IMG/VR virus record: IMGVR_UViG_3300020202_000040
Span: 1 to 42,725 of that record
DNA length: 42,725 nucleotides
Strand: one strand, 5' to 3'
DNA from: a virus
Shown: piece by piece, positions 1 through 7,418 of the stretch
Layout of the letters: the number at the start of each line of letters is the position of its first letter
How positions within the stretch are numbered: the stretch's first letter is position 1
Translations under genes and position numbers: made by a program
The notes under the pieces: model-generated
Databases searched by the model: none
Told to the model about the DNA's origin: nothing
What the model saw: only the letters and a program-made list of their open reading frames with translations

Positions 1-127
1 CGGATGTACATGGGCTGAGGAGTTCCGGCGGCTCAACGAGGTCCGCCTTGGGATACCGGCGGCGATGTTCGACGGAGGCACAGGCGTCACAGCGACCCTC
101 GCCGCATTGCTGACAGGACGGAGGCAC
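1..127. repeat. Terminal direct repeat, copy 1 (circular-assembly overlap or terminal redundancy)
   Basis: cggatgtacatgggctgagg...gacaggacggaggcac is identical base-for-base to 42599-42725. Confidence 0.95.
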
Positions 128-136
128 GCACGATGA
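2..136 (+). CDS. 3' part (duplicate copy) of the junction-spanning small basic CxxC protein that starts at 42456
   Basis: The reading frame from 42456 runs through the repeat and stops at TGA 134-136, overlapping ATG 133 (ATGA). Confidence 0.6.
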   Translation, partial: GCTWAEEFRRLNEVRLGIPAAMFDGGTGVTATLAALLTGRRHAR

Positions 137-651
137 ACACGAACGATTACCAACCCGCTCCGGACGCGGCGAAGGGGGAGGACGTTGTGGATCACCTGCG
201 GGTGATGGCGCGGCTGGCCCCCAAAGTGCGAGGGACGTACCTCGAAGCCGCTGACGAAATCCTCCGCCTCCGCACAGCGGTCAGGACGGCGGAGGGGGAG
301 CGGGACTTCTACAAGAAGCTGCACGAGGACGCCTGCGAGAACGAGACCCGCGCCGAGAAGGTTCTGGAGGAGTTCATCGGCGGTCCTGAGTACCAGCCGC
401 TGTACGAGTTGGCCGAGTTGGCGGTCAACGCCCTCCGCGCCTCCGAGCAGCGGCGGGGGGAGTTGGAGGCGGCTCTGCGGCACATTCGCGAGGAATCCGC
501 GAAGGACGGCTTCGGGTGCATGGTGCGCTACATCGACGCTGCACTGACCCCTCCCGTGTCTCAGGCGTCCACCCCCACCCCTGGCACAGACACCGCGACG
601 GGCGGGAACACCGCGTCTCAGGGGGCGGGGGAAGGGGGGAGCAATGGCTAA
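133..651 (+). CDS. Hypothetical protein (helical N-part, T/G-rich tail)
   Basis: 172-aa ORF; ATGA overlap with the upstream ORF; GC-rich third codon positions. Confidence 0.7.
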   Translation: MNTNDYQPAPDAAKGEDVVDHLRVMARLAPKVRGTYLEAADEILRLRTAVRTAEGERDFYKKLHEDACENETRAEKVLEEFIGGPEYQPLYELAELAVNALRASEQRRGELEAALRHIREESAKDGFGCMVRYIDAALTPPVSQASTPTPGTDTATGGNTASQGAGEGGSNG

Positions 652-838
652 GGCAAAGTGCAAGCACCCCAAGCGTGTGCGATTCAACGGCCCCCGCGTT
701 CCGGCCTACTACGGGTCCGCACCCACCGAGATATGTGCCAAGTGCGGGCGATGGCGGAGCACGCTGCACAACACAGGCCCGTGGCAGACAGCGGCGAGCT
801 TCACGAAGGCACTGACCCCGCAGGAGGACCCGGTATGA
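644..838 (+). CDS. Small Cys-containing hypothetical protein
   Basis: 64-aa ORF; ATG 644 overlaps the upstream stop (649-651); contains CKHP...CAKCGRW. Confidence 0.5.
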   Translation: MAKAKCKHPKRVRFNGPRVPAYYGSAPTEICAKCGRWRSTLHNTGPWQTAASFTKALTPQEDPV

Positions 839-1737
839 CCCCCGCGAGCGACCCGTCGAAGATGAGCGAGGCCCTTGTGTTCGCCCGGCAAGTTGTCGGC
901 TCTACGTGGAACGCCTTGTCCCTTGACCATGTGTGCAGCCGGAACCTGGAGGAGTGCTTGAAGGTCATTGACGCAGCCCTCCTCCCCCCGGCCAAGTCGC
1001 CGGGAACGCAGGAGGGGGCGGGCGAGAGCGAGAGGGCCCTTCGCAGTGCCCGCCAGAAGTGCTACGAGATCTGGCAGGGAGCGACGGCCTTATCCCCAAA
1101 GTCCGCAGCGCACGACGCAATGCGGGAGATCGACACTGCTCTTGCCGCCCTCTCCGCCTCACTCTCGCAGCCCGAGCAGGCTCGGCTCTACTCCCTTCCC
1201 GAACTGCGGTCGCTGCTGGCGAGGCACGCCCAGTCTCTGCCCGAGTCGCAGGGGTTCCACCCCACCGTGACGGCGTGGGACCTCCTCGACACACTTGGGA
1301 ATCAAGCCCCCGAAACTCCACAGTGCTCGGCCAGTGTGGAATCGGCTCCACAGCCCGCACCCTCGCAGCCCGAGCAGGCGAAGGCGTGCCCACTGTGCAG
1401 CGGCAGCGGTAAGGCCGCGGTTTACCTCAACACCGAGCACTTGTACGACGCCCCCTCCCCCACCAGCCCGGAGGCGGGGAAGTCTCAGCCGCACCCGCTG
1501 TCTATGCCGGGTGCCAGAACCGGCGCGATGGGCATGCAGTCTGGCGACCGCATCGTTGGCCCCGGTGGCAAGACGGGCCGGGCCGACGAGTTCCTTCCCG
1601 ACGGCGAAGTGTTCGTGAGTTGGGACGACGGCACGTATGCGACTTTGAAATGGGGACAGATCACACCAAGCCCGGACGCGGGGGAGGGGCGGCAACCCGC
1701 CGCGGCCCGCAAGGGGGGAGAGGCTGACCATGGATGA
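835..1737 (+). CDS. Hypothetical protein (300 aa)
   Basis: Internal ATG 835 of track ORF 658-1737; ATGA overlap with upstream stop; AGGAGGA at 822-828. Confidence 0.65.
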   Translation: MTPASDPSKMSEALVFARQVVGSTWNALSLDHVCSRNLEECLKVIDAALLPPAKSPGTQEGAGESERALRSARQKCYEIWQGATALSPKSAAHDAMREIDTALAALSASLSQPEQARLYSLPELRSLLARHAQSLPESQGFHPTVTAWDLLDTLGNQAPETPQCSASVESAPQPAPSQPEQAKACPLCSGSGKAAVYLNTEHLYDAPSPTSPEAGKSQPHPLSMPGARTGAMGMQSGDRIVGPGGKTGRADEFLPDGEVFVSWDDGTYATLKWGQITPSPDAGEGRQPAAARKGGEADHG

Positions 1738-1957
1738 ACTGTTGCCGTGTCCGTTCTGCGGGTACACCGACATCGAGGTGCACATCGAGCGGGGGCCGTT
1801 CGGCCACCATGCCGAGTGCGCGTGCCAGATATGTGGAGCAACCGTCGCAGGTATCGGCGTGCTGGTGCCCGAGGACGGCGGGCCAGCGGACGAACTCACC
1901 GCGTCGGCAATCGCCGCGTGGAACACCCGAAGCGAACCGAAGGAGCCGCACCAATGA
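1730..1957 (+). CDS. lar: Lar-family restriction alleviation protein
   Basis: N-terminal LLPCPFCG zinc-ribbon motif, second C..C pair, and C-terminal AIAAWNTR, the pattern typical of the Lar family. Confidence 0.7.
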   Translation: MDELLPCPFCGYTDIEVHIERGPFGHHAECACQICGATVAGIGVLVPEDGGPADELTASAIAAWNTRSEPKEPHQ

Positions 1958-2253
1958 CAACCCCCACACCGGGAGGGAAGGAGAGAGGCGTGGAAGTGAA
2001 GGCGATGACGAGAACAGAAATCGCGGCGATCCGCGACGCTCTTGACGGTCGGAATGATGAGTGGCGGGACGGGACTGTTCTGCGTCTCATCGCCGCGTAC
2101 GACCTGCTGGCGGGGGAATGCAGGGCGTGGAGGGCCACGGGAATCAGGCGAACAGAACAGGGCTATTGGATTCCGGCGTTGCCGCTCGACACGCTCGGCA
2201 CGATTGACGCCGCTCGCGCCCGCACCGACGCCGCTGGGGGGGTGGGAGCATGA
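1954..2253 (+). CDS. Hypothetical protein (99 aa)
   Basis: ATG 1954 inside track ORF 1747-2253; ATGA overlap; AAGGAG at 1940-1945. Confidence 0.6.
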   Translation: MTTPTPGGKERGVEVKAMTRTEIAAIRDALDGRNDEWRDGTVLRLIAAYDLLAGECRAWRATGIRRTEQGYWIPALPLDTLGTIDAARARTDAAGGVGA

Positions 2254-2642
2254 ACGAGAGAGAGATGGACCTACAGGTGGCACTGCGCGTCATGGGCCAC
2301 TGCCGCAGGCGGGCCAACACGCTGGTGAAGCACTCCGACCATGAGGCCGAGCAGATCTCGCACGCCGAGTACTGCTGGGACTACTTCGACCAGCACGGGA
2401 ACGTCGTACGGCTGCTGCGATACACCAAGGACGTTGCCGCCGACTACGAGGTGCTGGAGCGGGTGCGGGAATGGACCGCCCCTCAACGGTTCAGTTTTGG
2501 GTGCGAACTTGACGCAGTGTGGTCTGTGCGAGAGCACGGAGAGAACGGCGACAGGTACGTGCCTGAGAATGCGGTGCAGTACCGCCCCGGCGACTACAGC
2601 CGAGCAGCCCTCGCCGTGCTCGGAAACGGAGGTGCGAAGTGA
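2250..2642 (+). CDS. Hypothetical protein, phage ABA-sandwich-like (paralog 1 of 3)
   Basis: ATGA overlap; N-terminal LQVALRVMGH and YTKDVAADYEVLERV resemble the xALVAEKVMGW / YSTDxAAAWEV pattern of that family (from memory). Confidence 0.55.
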   Translation: MNEREMDLQVALRVMGHCRRRANTLVKHSDHEAEQISHAEYCWDYFDQHGNVVRLLRYTKDVAADYEVLERVREWTAPQRFSFGCELDAVWSVREHGENGDRYVPENAVQYRPGDYSRAALAVLGNGGAK

Positions 2643-2971
2643 GCAGAGAGACTGACGCGATCATCGCGGAGAGGGCGTGCGGGTGGACCGACCTGCGCGC
2701 GGTGCCTGTAAGCGGTATGGGCGATGTGCTGTATGGAACGCGGGGCGGGAAGCGAGACTCCGTTCCCAACTACTCCACCGACCTCAACGCCATGGCGGAG
2801 GCGGAAAAGCTCCTCACGCCGGAGCAGTTGGAGCAATACGGCGTCGCACTCGCCGAAGAGGTCGGCTTAGGGGTGCGACTCGTCTATCTCGCAAGCGCGT
2901 GGAAGCTCGCCACCGCCACCGCCCAGCAGAGGGCCAAGGCTTTGCTCGCCGTATTGGAGGGACAGCGATGA
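2639..2971 (+). CDS. Hypothetical protein, phage ABA-sandwich-like (paralog 2)
   Basis: GTGA overlap; DAIIAERACGW and NYSTDLNAMAEAEKLL motifs. Confidence 0.6.
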   Translation: MSRETDAIIAERACGWTDLRAVPVSGMGDVLYGTRGGKRDSVPNYSTDLNAMAEAEKLLTPEQLEQYGVALAEEVGLGVRLVYLASAWKLATATAQQRAKALLAVLEGQR

Positions 2972-3300
2972 ACGTTGAACAGATGAGGGACGAGGTGGCG
3001 AGGAGGCTGGGGTGGACCAAGAGCCCCATATGGACGCCCGTATACAACTACTGGGTTGAGCCCGGCAAAGACTTCGCAAACCACTACGGCCACCCCATCC
3101 CCGACGGCGACCTGACCACGCTCGCCGCGCTGTGGCCGGAGGGGTGGGACTGGGAAGTGGCGTTCGACGGCGACGGCTACACGGGCTGGATCAACCGCCA
3201 CGGCGACGACACCGACCACGAGATGTTCACCGGGCCGAGCGAGTACGAGTGCAGGTTGAAGATGCTGCTCGCCGTGCTCGGGAAGGGGCGTGGGGGGTGA
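2968..3300 (+). CDS. Hypothetical protein, ABA-sandwich-like (paralog 3, weaker)
   Basis: ATG 2968 inside track ORF 2677-3300; ATGA overlap; N-terminal MRDEVARRLGW. Confidence 0.55.
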   Translation: MNVEQMRDEVARRLGWTKSPIWTPVYNYWVEPGKDFANHYGHPIPDGDLTTLAALWPEGWDWEVAFDGDGYTGWINRHGDDTDHEMFTGPSEYECRLKMLLAVLGKGRGG

Positions 3301-3695
3301 AATACAACACCAACTGCTACATCATCCCCCGACAGTGGATCACCGACCGCGCGGCCCTCGTCTGCCAACATCGCGAAATCGCTTGGCAGGACTTCGCTGG
3401 CGGGGGCCGTCACCCTGCCGTCGTCGCCTGCCGGGAAGTCGCGTACATCCTCTGCTACGAGTTCACCGACGCCACCCACCGCGTTTGCAGCGGGCCGGAG
3501 CTGGCCCTGAGCGTCGGGCGGGCCAACCACAGCAGCATCTTCACGGCCATCCGCCGGGCCAACCAGGACCCCGAGCGCGTGGCGGAAGCGGAACGGCTGG
3601 CGGTGGTGATGGGGCTCAGGCGGCGGAAGGATCCGGCCAGGCATGACGCGCCAGCGAGGGAGCCGGGCAAGCAGGGGAGGGCGGGGGCGGCGTAG
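3297..3695 (+). CDS. DnaA domain-IV-like helix-turn-helix protein (no AAA+ module)
   Basis: GTG 3297 (GTGA overlap); AVVACREVAYILCYEFTD...ELALSVGRANHSSIFTAIRRAN parallels DnaA C-terminal RxxVxARQxAMyLxxELT...GgRDHTTVLHA. Confidence 0.55.
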   Translation: MKYNTNCYIIPRQWITDRAALVCQHREIAWQDFAGGGRHPAVVACREVAYILCYEFTDATHRVCSGPELALSVGRANHSSIFTAIRRANQDPERVAEAERLAVVMGLRRRKDPARHDAPAREPGKQGRAGAA

Positions 3696-3712
3696 GCCCC
3701 AGCGAAACCATG

Positions 3713-3741
3713 TTGCGTTCCCGACTCAGACCCCCTATTCT
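3713..3741 (+). promoter_or_regulatory. Candidate sigma70-type promoter (TTGCGT-17-TATTCT)
   Basis: Lies in the first sizeable intergenic gap (3696-3779), ahead of the membrane-protein/terminase/structural gene string. Confidence 0.3.
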
Positions 3742-3779
3742 CTCCGTAAGGGACTCGCGCAGGTGCATGGAAAGCACCA

Positions 3780-4340
3780 GTGCCGGACACCCCACCCGCA
3801 CAACACATCGCACATAACTCGCATCTGCGAGGGTCCCCCCGTCGCGCGCGCCTCCCCCGGTGCGTTGCGGCTTTTGCCCGTGTCTGTCGCTGGCCCTTTC
3901 CCTGCGGGTTCATCGCGGGGGCGTGGGCAGCGGCAATCATGTACGCCCTAGCCGTTGGGGGGTGTGCCACAGGCACGACCAAAAGCGGCGAAACCAACTT
4001 CGGTGTCGTGCTCCCCGGTGAGCCGATCAGCCCCGGCGCCCTCGGTGAAGGTGCCGAGCAAGTCATGTCGTGGCTCGGAATCCCCGGCGGCAAACTCATC
4101 GGCGGGCTCGTCGGTGTCGGTGCCGCCGCATGGCTCAGAAACCGCAGCACCCGCAAAGACGCCGACCGGGCCTACGACGCCGAGCGTGAAGCCGCCATCG
4201 AGCGTGCCCGCCTGCAAGGCCGTGACGAGGGCTGGGACGAATACCACCGAGCCTCCACAACCCAACTACCAACCGTGGGCGGCGTGCCTGCTGGTGCTGG
4301 CGGCAATCCTCGCCCTGTCACCACGGAGCCGCTGACATGA
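3780..4340 (+). CDS. Membrane lipoprotein-like protein (lipobox LAVGGC plus a second TM segment); start uncertain (GTG 3780 or ATG 3940)
   Basis: FIAGAWAAAIMYALAVGGC hydrophobic stretch ending in Cys; later GGKLIGGLVGVGAAAWL TM followed by a charged helix. Confidence 0.55.
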   Translation: MPDTPPAQHIAHNSHLRGSPRRARLPRCVAAFARVCRWPFPCGFIAGAWAAAIMYALAVGGCATGTTKSGETNFGVVLPGEPISPGALGEGAEQVMSWLGIPGGKLIGGLVGVGAAAWLRNRSTRKDADRAYDAEREAAIERARLQGRDEGWDEYHRASTTQLPTVGGVPAGAGGNPRPVTTEPLT

Positions 4341-4582
4341 ACCTCAACGGCGACACCAAGATCACCCTTGCAGTCGCGGTCTTGTGCCTGTCAACCGCTG
4401 TTGGCGGGACGTGGAAGGTGTCAACCGCCGTCAACCAGCTTCAGCGGGACGTCGCGGGCTCCTACACGCTCGCAGCGGCGAGTGAACAGGCCCTCCGCAT
4501 GGCGATTGAGAACCCCGGCCTGCGTGTCCCCGACCCGCGCGATCCATCCAAGATCATCACCACGCCGAGCAAAGGAAACTGA
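4337..4582 (+). CDS. Small membrane-anchored protein (N-terminal TM)
   Basis: ATGA overlap; ITLAVAVLCLSTAVGG hydrophobic N-terminus. Confidence 0.6.
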   Translation: MNLNGDTKITLAVAVLCLSTAVGGTWKVSTAVNQLQRDVAGSYTLAAASEQALRMAIENPGLRVPDPRDPSKIITTPSKGN

Positions 4583-4972
4583 ATGAACCCCATCGCAAGC
4601 ATCGTCACTTGCGTCCTGTCATTCCTCATCGCTACCACCAACACCACCCCGACTGCTGTCATCAAGCACGCGAACGTCATTGAGGCCACGAGCAACAGCC
4701 CAGGCGAACTCACCGTTTACACGAGCATGTCCGCCACTTACGTTGACCTGGACTTCGACGGCGAGTCCTCTATCGGCACGGAAGGGGCCGACCTCATCAT
4801 GTGTTGCTGGTTTGTGGACGGCGAGCTGGCAGACGCCGAGGACTTCAGCCCCACACTGCGGCTTGAAATCGGCGAGGACCCTATCGAGGTTGAGTTCACC
4901 GTGTACGCGAACGACGCGGACATCACCCCGAGCGAGCCTGCAATCCTCACCATCACCGTCGTACGGCAGTAA
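4583..4972 (+). CDS. Secreted or membrane-anchored Ig/PKD-like protein
   Basis: ATG directly follows the upstream stop; hydrophobic N-terminus IASIVTCVLSFLIA; beta-rich acidic domain. Confidence 0.6.
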   Translation: MNPIASIVTCVLSFLIATTNTTPTAVIKHANVIEATSNSPGELTVYTSMSATYVDLDFDGESSIGTEGADLIMCCWFVDGELADAEDFSPTLRLEIGEDPIEVEFTVYANDADITPSEPAILTITVVRQ

Positions 4973-4987
4973 CCGGCAAAGGTAATC

Positions 4988-5320
4988 ATGGCTGCTACAG
5001 CCGTCATTCAAGTCAACGGGCAAACAGTCGCAACCAGTGCCGCGGCGGGCCGCATCGCGCGCCCAAAGGGCGACACGACGTTCTCTGGAGAGGCTTCGAC
5101 GCCCGACGCGGGTGCGAACGAGATTACCACGTACAACTGGAGCTTCGACGGCGCGTCGAGTTCCAACGCGACTCCGACTTTCACGCTGGTTGAGGGGCGA
5201 GTCCACACTATCACCCTTCAGGTCGCCGACGATCTTGCGAACGAGGCAACGGCGACGCTGACGGTGGTTGTGCCCGGCGGGTTCCGCAGCCGTGACTACA
5301 GGGGGAGAGGCGGGAGGTAG
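4988..5320 (+). CDS. PKD-domain-like protein
   Basis: YNWSFDGASSSNATPTFTLVEGRVHTITLQVADDLANEATATLTVVV matches the PKD pattern (Y.WdFGDG...H.Y...G.Y.V.L.V.D). Confidence 0.6.
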   Translation: MAATAVIQVNGQTVATSAAAGRIARPKGDTTFSGEASTPDAGANEITTYNWSFDGASSSNATPTFTLVEGRVHTITLQVADDLANEATATLTVVVPGGFRSRDYRGRGGR

Positions 5321-5395
5321 CACGCAGCACCTCACCGCACAAACGGATTGATCCTACCGGCCAGATTCCGACTTTCAAGAGGGCGCGCGACACGC

Positions 5396-5791
5396 ATGAG
5401 CGACGAGGGGAACAATCAGGGGCACGACGACGGCCTGCCTTCCCCTCCAGACCGAGGGGGTAGGGGGCAATGCAGCCTTGCCGACCTGATGGACCCGCAC
5501 CGGGCGCGGGGTGCTGCTGGGCTACTCGCCCGCGCAATCTCCGCCGGGTACATCGACGCCTTCTGCATCGACTACCAGGAAGCGAAGAAGCTCGCCCGGG
5601 AACTGGCACAGCTCAAAGACAACCCAAGGGCGAAGGCTGCTGGCGTCAAGCTGTTGGCGGCGATGGCTATCCACGACCTCAAGCTCATGGAGATTGCCGA
5701 CAAGTCCAAGCGGCTGGATGACGGCTTGCCCACTGAGAACATCGGGGGCAGCATCAAGTTCATCAAGGGCGTGGACGAGGAGGCGATCTAG
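5396..5791 (+). CDS. Putative terminase small subunit (call by position)
   Basis: 131-aa helical protein immediately upstream of terL, sharing one base with it; ATG 5396 preferred over TTG 5348. Confidence 0.45.
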   Translation: MSDEGNNQGHDDGLPSPPDRGGRGQCSLADLMDPHRARGAAGLLARAISAGYIDAFCIDYQEAKKLARELAQLKDNPRAKAAGVKLLAAMAIHDLKLMEIADKSKRLDDGLPTENIGGSIKFIKGVDEEAI

Positions 5792-7143
5792 TGGTGTCCG
5801 TGGCCGACATCCCCGCTGACGCCAACGTGTACGAGCCGCGGGGCGGGGCACGCCAGTTGTTCCATTGCCGGGACCTGGAAGTGGACCTAGAAGGGCCAGC
5901 GGGCACGGGTAAGAGCCGCGCGGCACTGGAGAAGGCCAACGCCGTGGCTGAGAAGTACCCCGGCGCCCGCATCCTGCTGATCCGCAAGACGCGCGTCAGC
6001 ATGACCGAATCGGTGCTGGTGACGTGGGAAGAGAAGGTGCTCGGCCCAGAGCACTACCTCTGCCGGAACGGGGCTACGCGGGCGCACCGAACGGAGTACC
6101 GCTACAAGAACGGGTCGGTTGTAGTGCCAGGGGGGATGGACAACCCTGACCGGATCATGTCAACCGAGTGGGACCTCATCATCGAGTTTGAGGCCACCGA
6201 GCTGAGCGAGCACGAGCACGAGATGCTGTCCACCCGCTTGCGCAACGGGCGGATCGGCTACCACCAGCAGATCAGCGACTGCAACCCGAGCGGGCCGGGG
6301 CACTGGATCAACCGGCGGGCGTTGGACGGGAAGATGACCCGCATCCTGTCCCGGCACAAGGACAACCCGTTTCTATGGGACGGGAAGGACTGGACCGACG
6401 TAGGCCGGGCGTACATGGCGACCCTGGAGCGGCTGACCGGCCACCGCAAGAACCGGCTGCTGCTGGGCAAGTGGACGGCGGCGGAGGGGTTGGTGTACCC
6501 CGAGTTCGAGGCTGCGGCGGGTGGGCACGTCATCGACGCAATGCCCGATGGCTGGCAGGGCTGGCCCAAGCGCCGCTCCATCGACCTTGGCTTCAACGAC
6601 CCCTTTGTGTGCCAGTGGTGGGCCGAGTCCGACGACGCCCTGTACCTGTACCGCGAGGTGTACATGAGCGGGCGGATCATCGAGGACCACGCCCGGCAGA
6701 TTCTCCGGCTGTCGGCCGGCGAGGACTACGAGGCCACGGTGAGCGACCATGACCGAGAGGATCGTGAGACGCTGCACCGCCACGGGGTACAGACCACGCC
6801 AGCGACCAAGGACATCGACGCAGGTATAGCGGAGGTCAAGGCGAGGCTGACCAAGGGCGGCAACGGAAAGCCCCGCCTGTTCTTCCTGCGGTCGGCGCTG
6901 GTGGAGCGGGACGAGGCTTTGGCCGACGCCAAGCGGCCTACGTCCACGCTGGAGGAGTTCGACGCCTACCTGTGGAAGCAGCACCGCGACGGGGTGGCGA
7001 AGGACGAGCCGGTGGACCGCGACAACCACGGTATGGATGCGATGCGGTATTGCGTGATGAGTATGCAGTCCGGCCAGTACTACGCCTTCGGCACGGGCAC
7101 CGGCGAGCAGCCCAAGCGCGGCGGGTGGAGGGAGGCGGTATGA
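5791..7143 (+). CDS. terL: Terminase large subunit
   Basis: Walker A GPAGTGKS, LIIEFEATE Walker-B-like segment, C-terminal nuclease segment DRDNHGMDAMRY; 450 aa. Confidence 0.93.
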   Translation: MVSVADIPADANVYEPRGGARQLFHCRDLEVDLEGPAGTGKSRAALEKANAVAEKYPGARILLIRKTRVSMTESVLVTWEEKVLGPEHYLCRNGATRAHRTEYRYKNGSVVVPGGMDNPDRIMSTEWDLIIEFEATELSEHEHEMLSTRLRNGRIGYHQQISDCNPSGPGHWINRRALDGKMTRILSRHKDNPFLWDGKDWTDVGRAYMATLERLTGHRKNRLLLGKWTAAEGLVYPEFEAAAGGHVIDAMPDGWQGWPKRRSIDLGFNDPFVCQWWAESDDALYLYREVYMSGRIIEDHARQILRLSAGEDYEATVSDHDREDRETLHRHGVQTTPATKDIDAGIAEVKARLTKGGNGKPRLFFLRSALVERDEALADAKRPTSTLEEFDAYLWKQHRDGVAKDEPVDRDNHGMDAMRYCVMSMQSGQYYAFGTGTGEQPKRGGWREAV

Positions 7144-7418
7144 GCGTCGTTCTGGACATCCATGAGAACGAAGAACTGCGGCACGCCAAGGCGTTCCTTG
7201 ACGGCGTGGAACTCTCGCACTGCTTCCGCCTGTGCCCAGCCGAGGGGTGGGCTGATGTGTACGAGACAGAGAACGGCGGGCGGCGCATCGCACTTACCCC
7301 CGACGGGTTGGCCCCTGCTACCAAGCGGGTGCATGGGCGGGTGTACGCAATCGACACCCGCACGGGCGAGCCGTGGGACACCGACAAAGCCATGTACTCC
7401 GAAGGGGGCTGTGACTGA
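7140..7418 (+). CDS. Hypothetical protein (92 aa)
   Basis: ATG 7140 inside track ORF 6972-7418; ATGA overlap with the terL stop. Confidence 0.55.
   Translation: MSVVLDIHENEELRHAKAFLDGVELSHCFRLCPAEGWADVYETENGGRRIALTPDGLAPATKRVHGRVYAIDTRTGEPWDTDKAMYSEGGCD

Noticed and set aside
658-834. Long N-terminal extensions implied by the ORF-track starts at 658, 1747, 2677, 3132, 6972, 16157, 20371, 24301, 24558, 25364, 27398, 27712, 28247, 32110, 33615, 35615, 35944, 36642, 36935, 38668, 39610 and 41651.
   Set aside because: Each extension overlaps the preceding gene extensively. An internal ATG/GTG/TTG that overlaps or abuts the upstream stop codon, often with a GGAGG-type site, gives a consistent coupled architecture.
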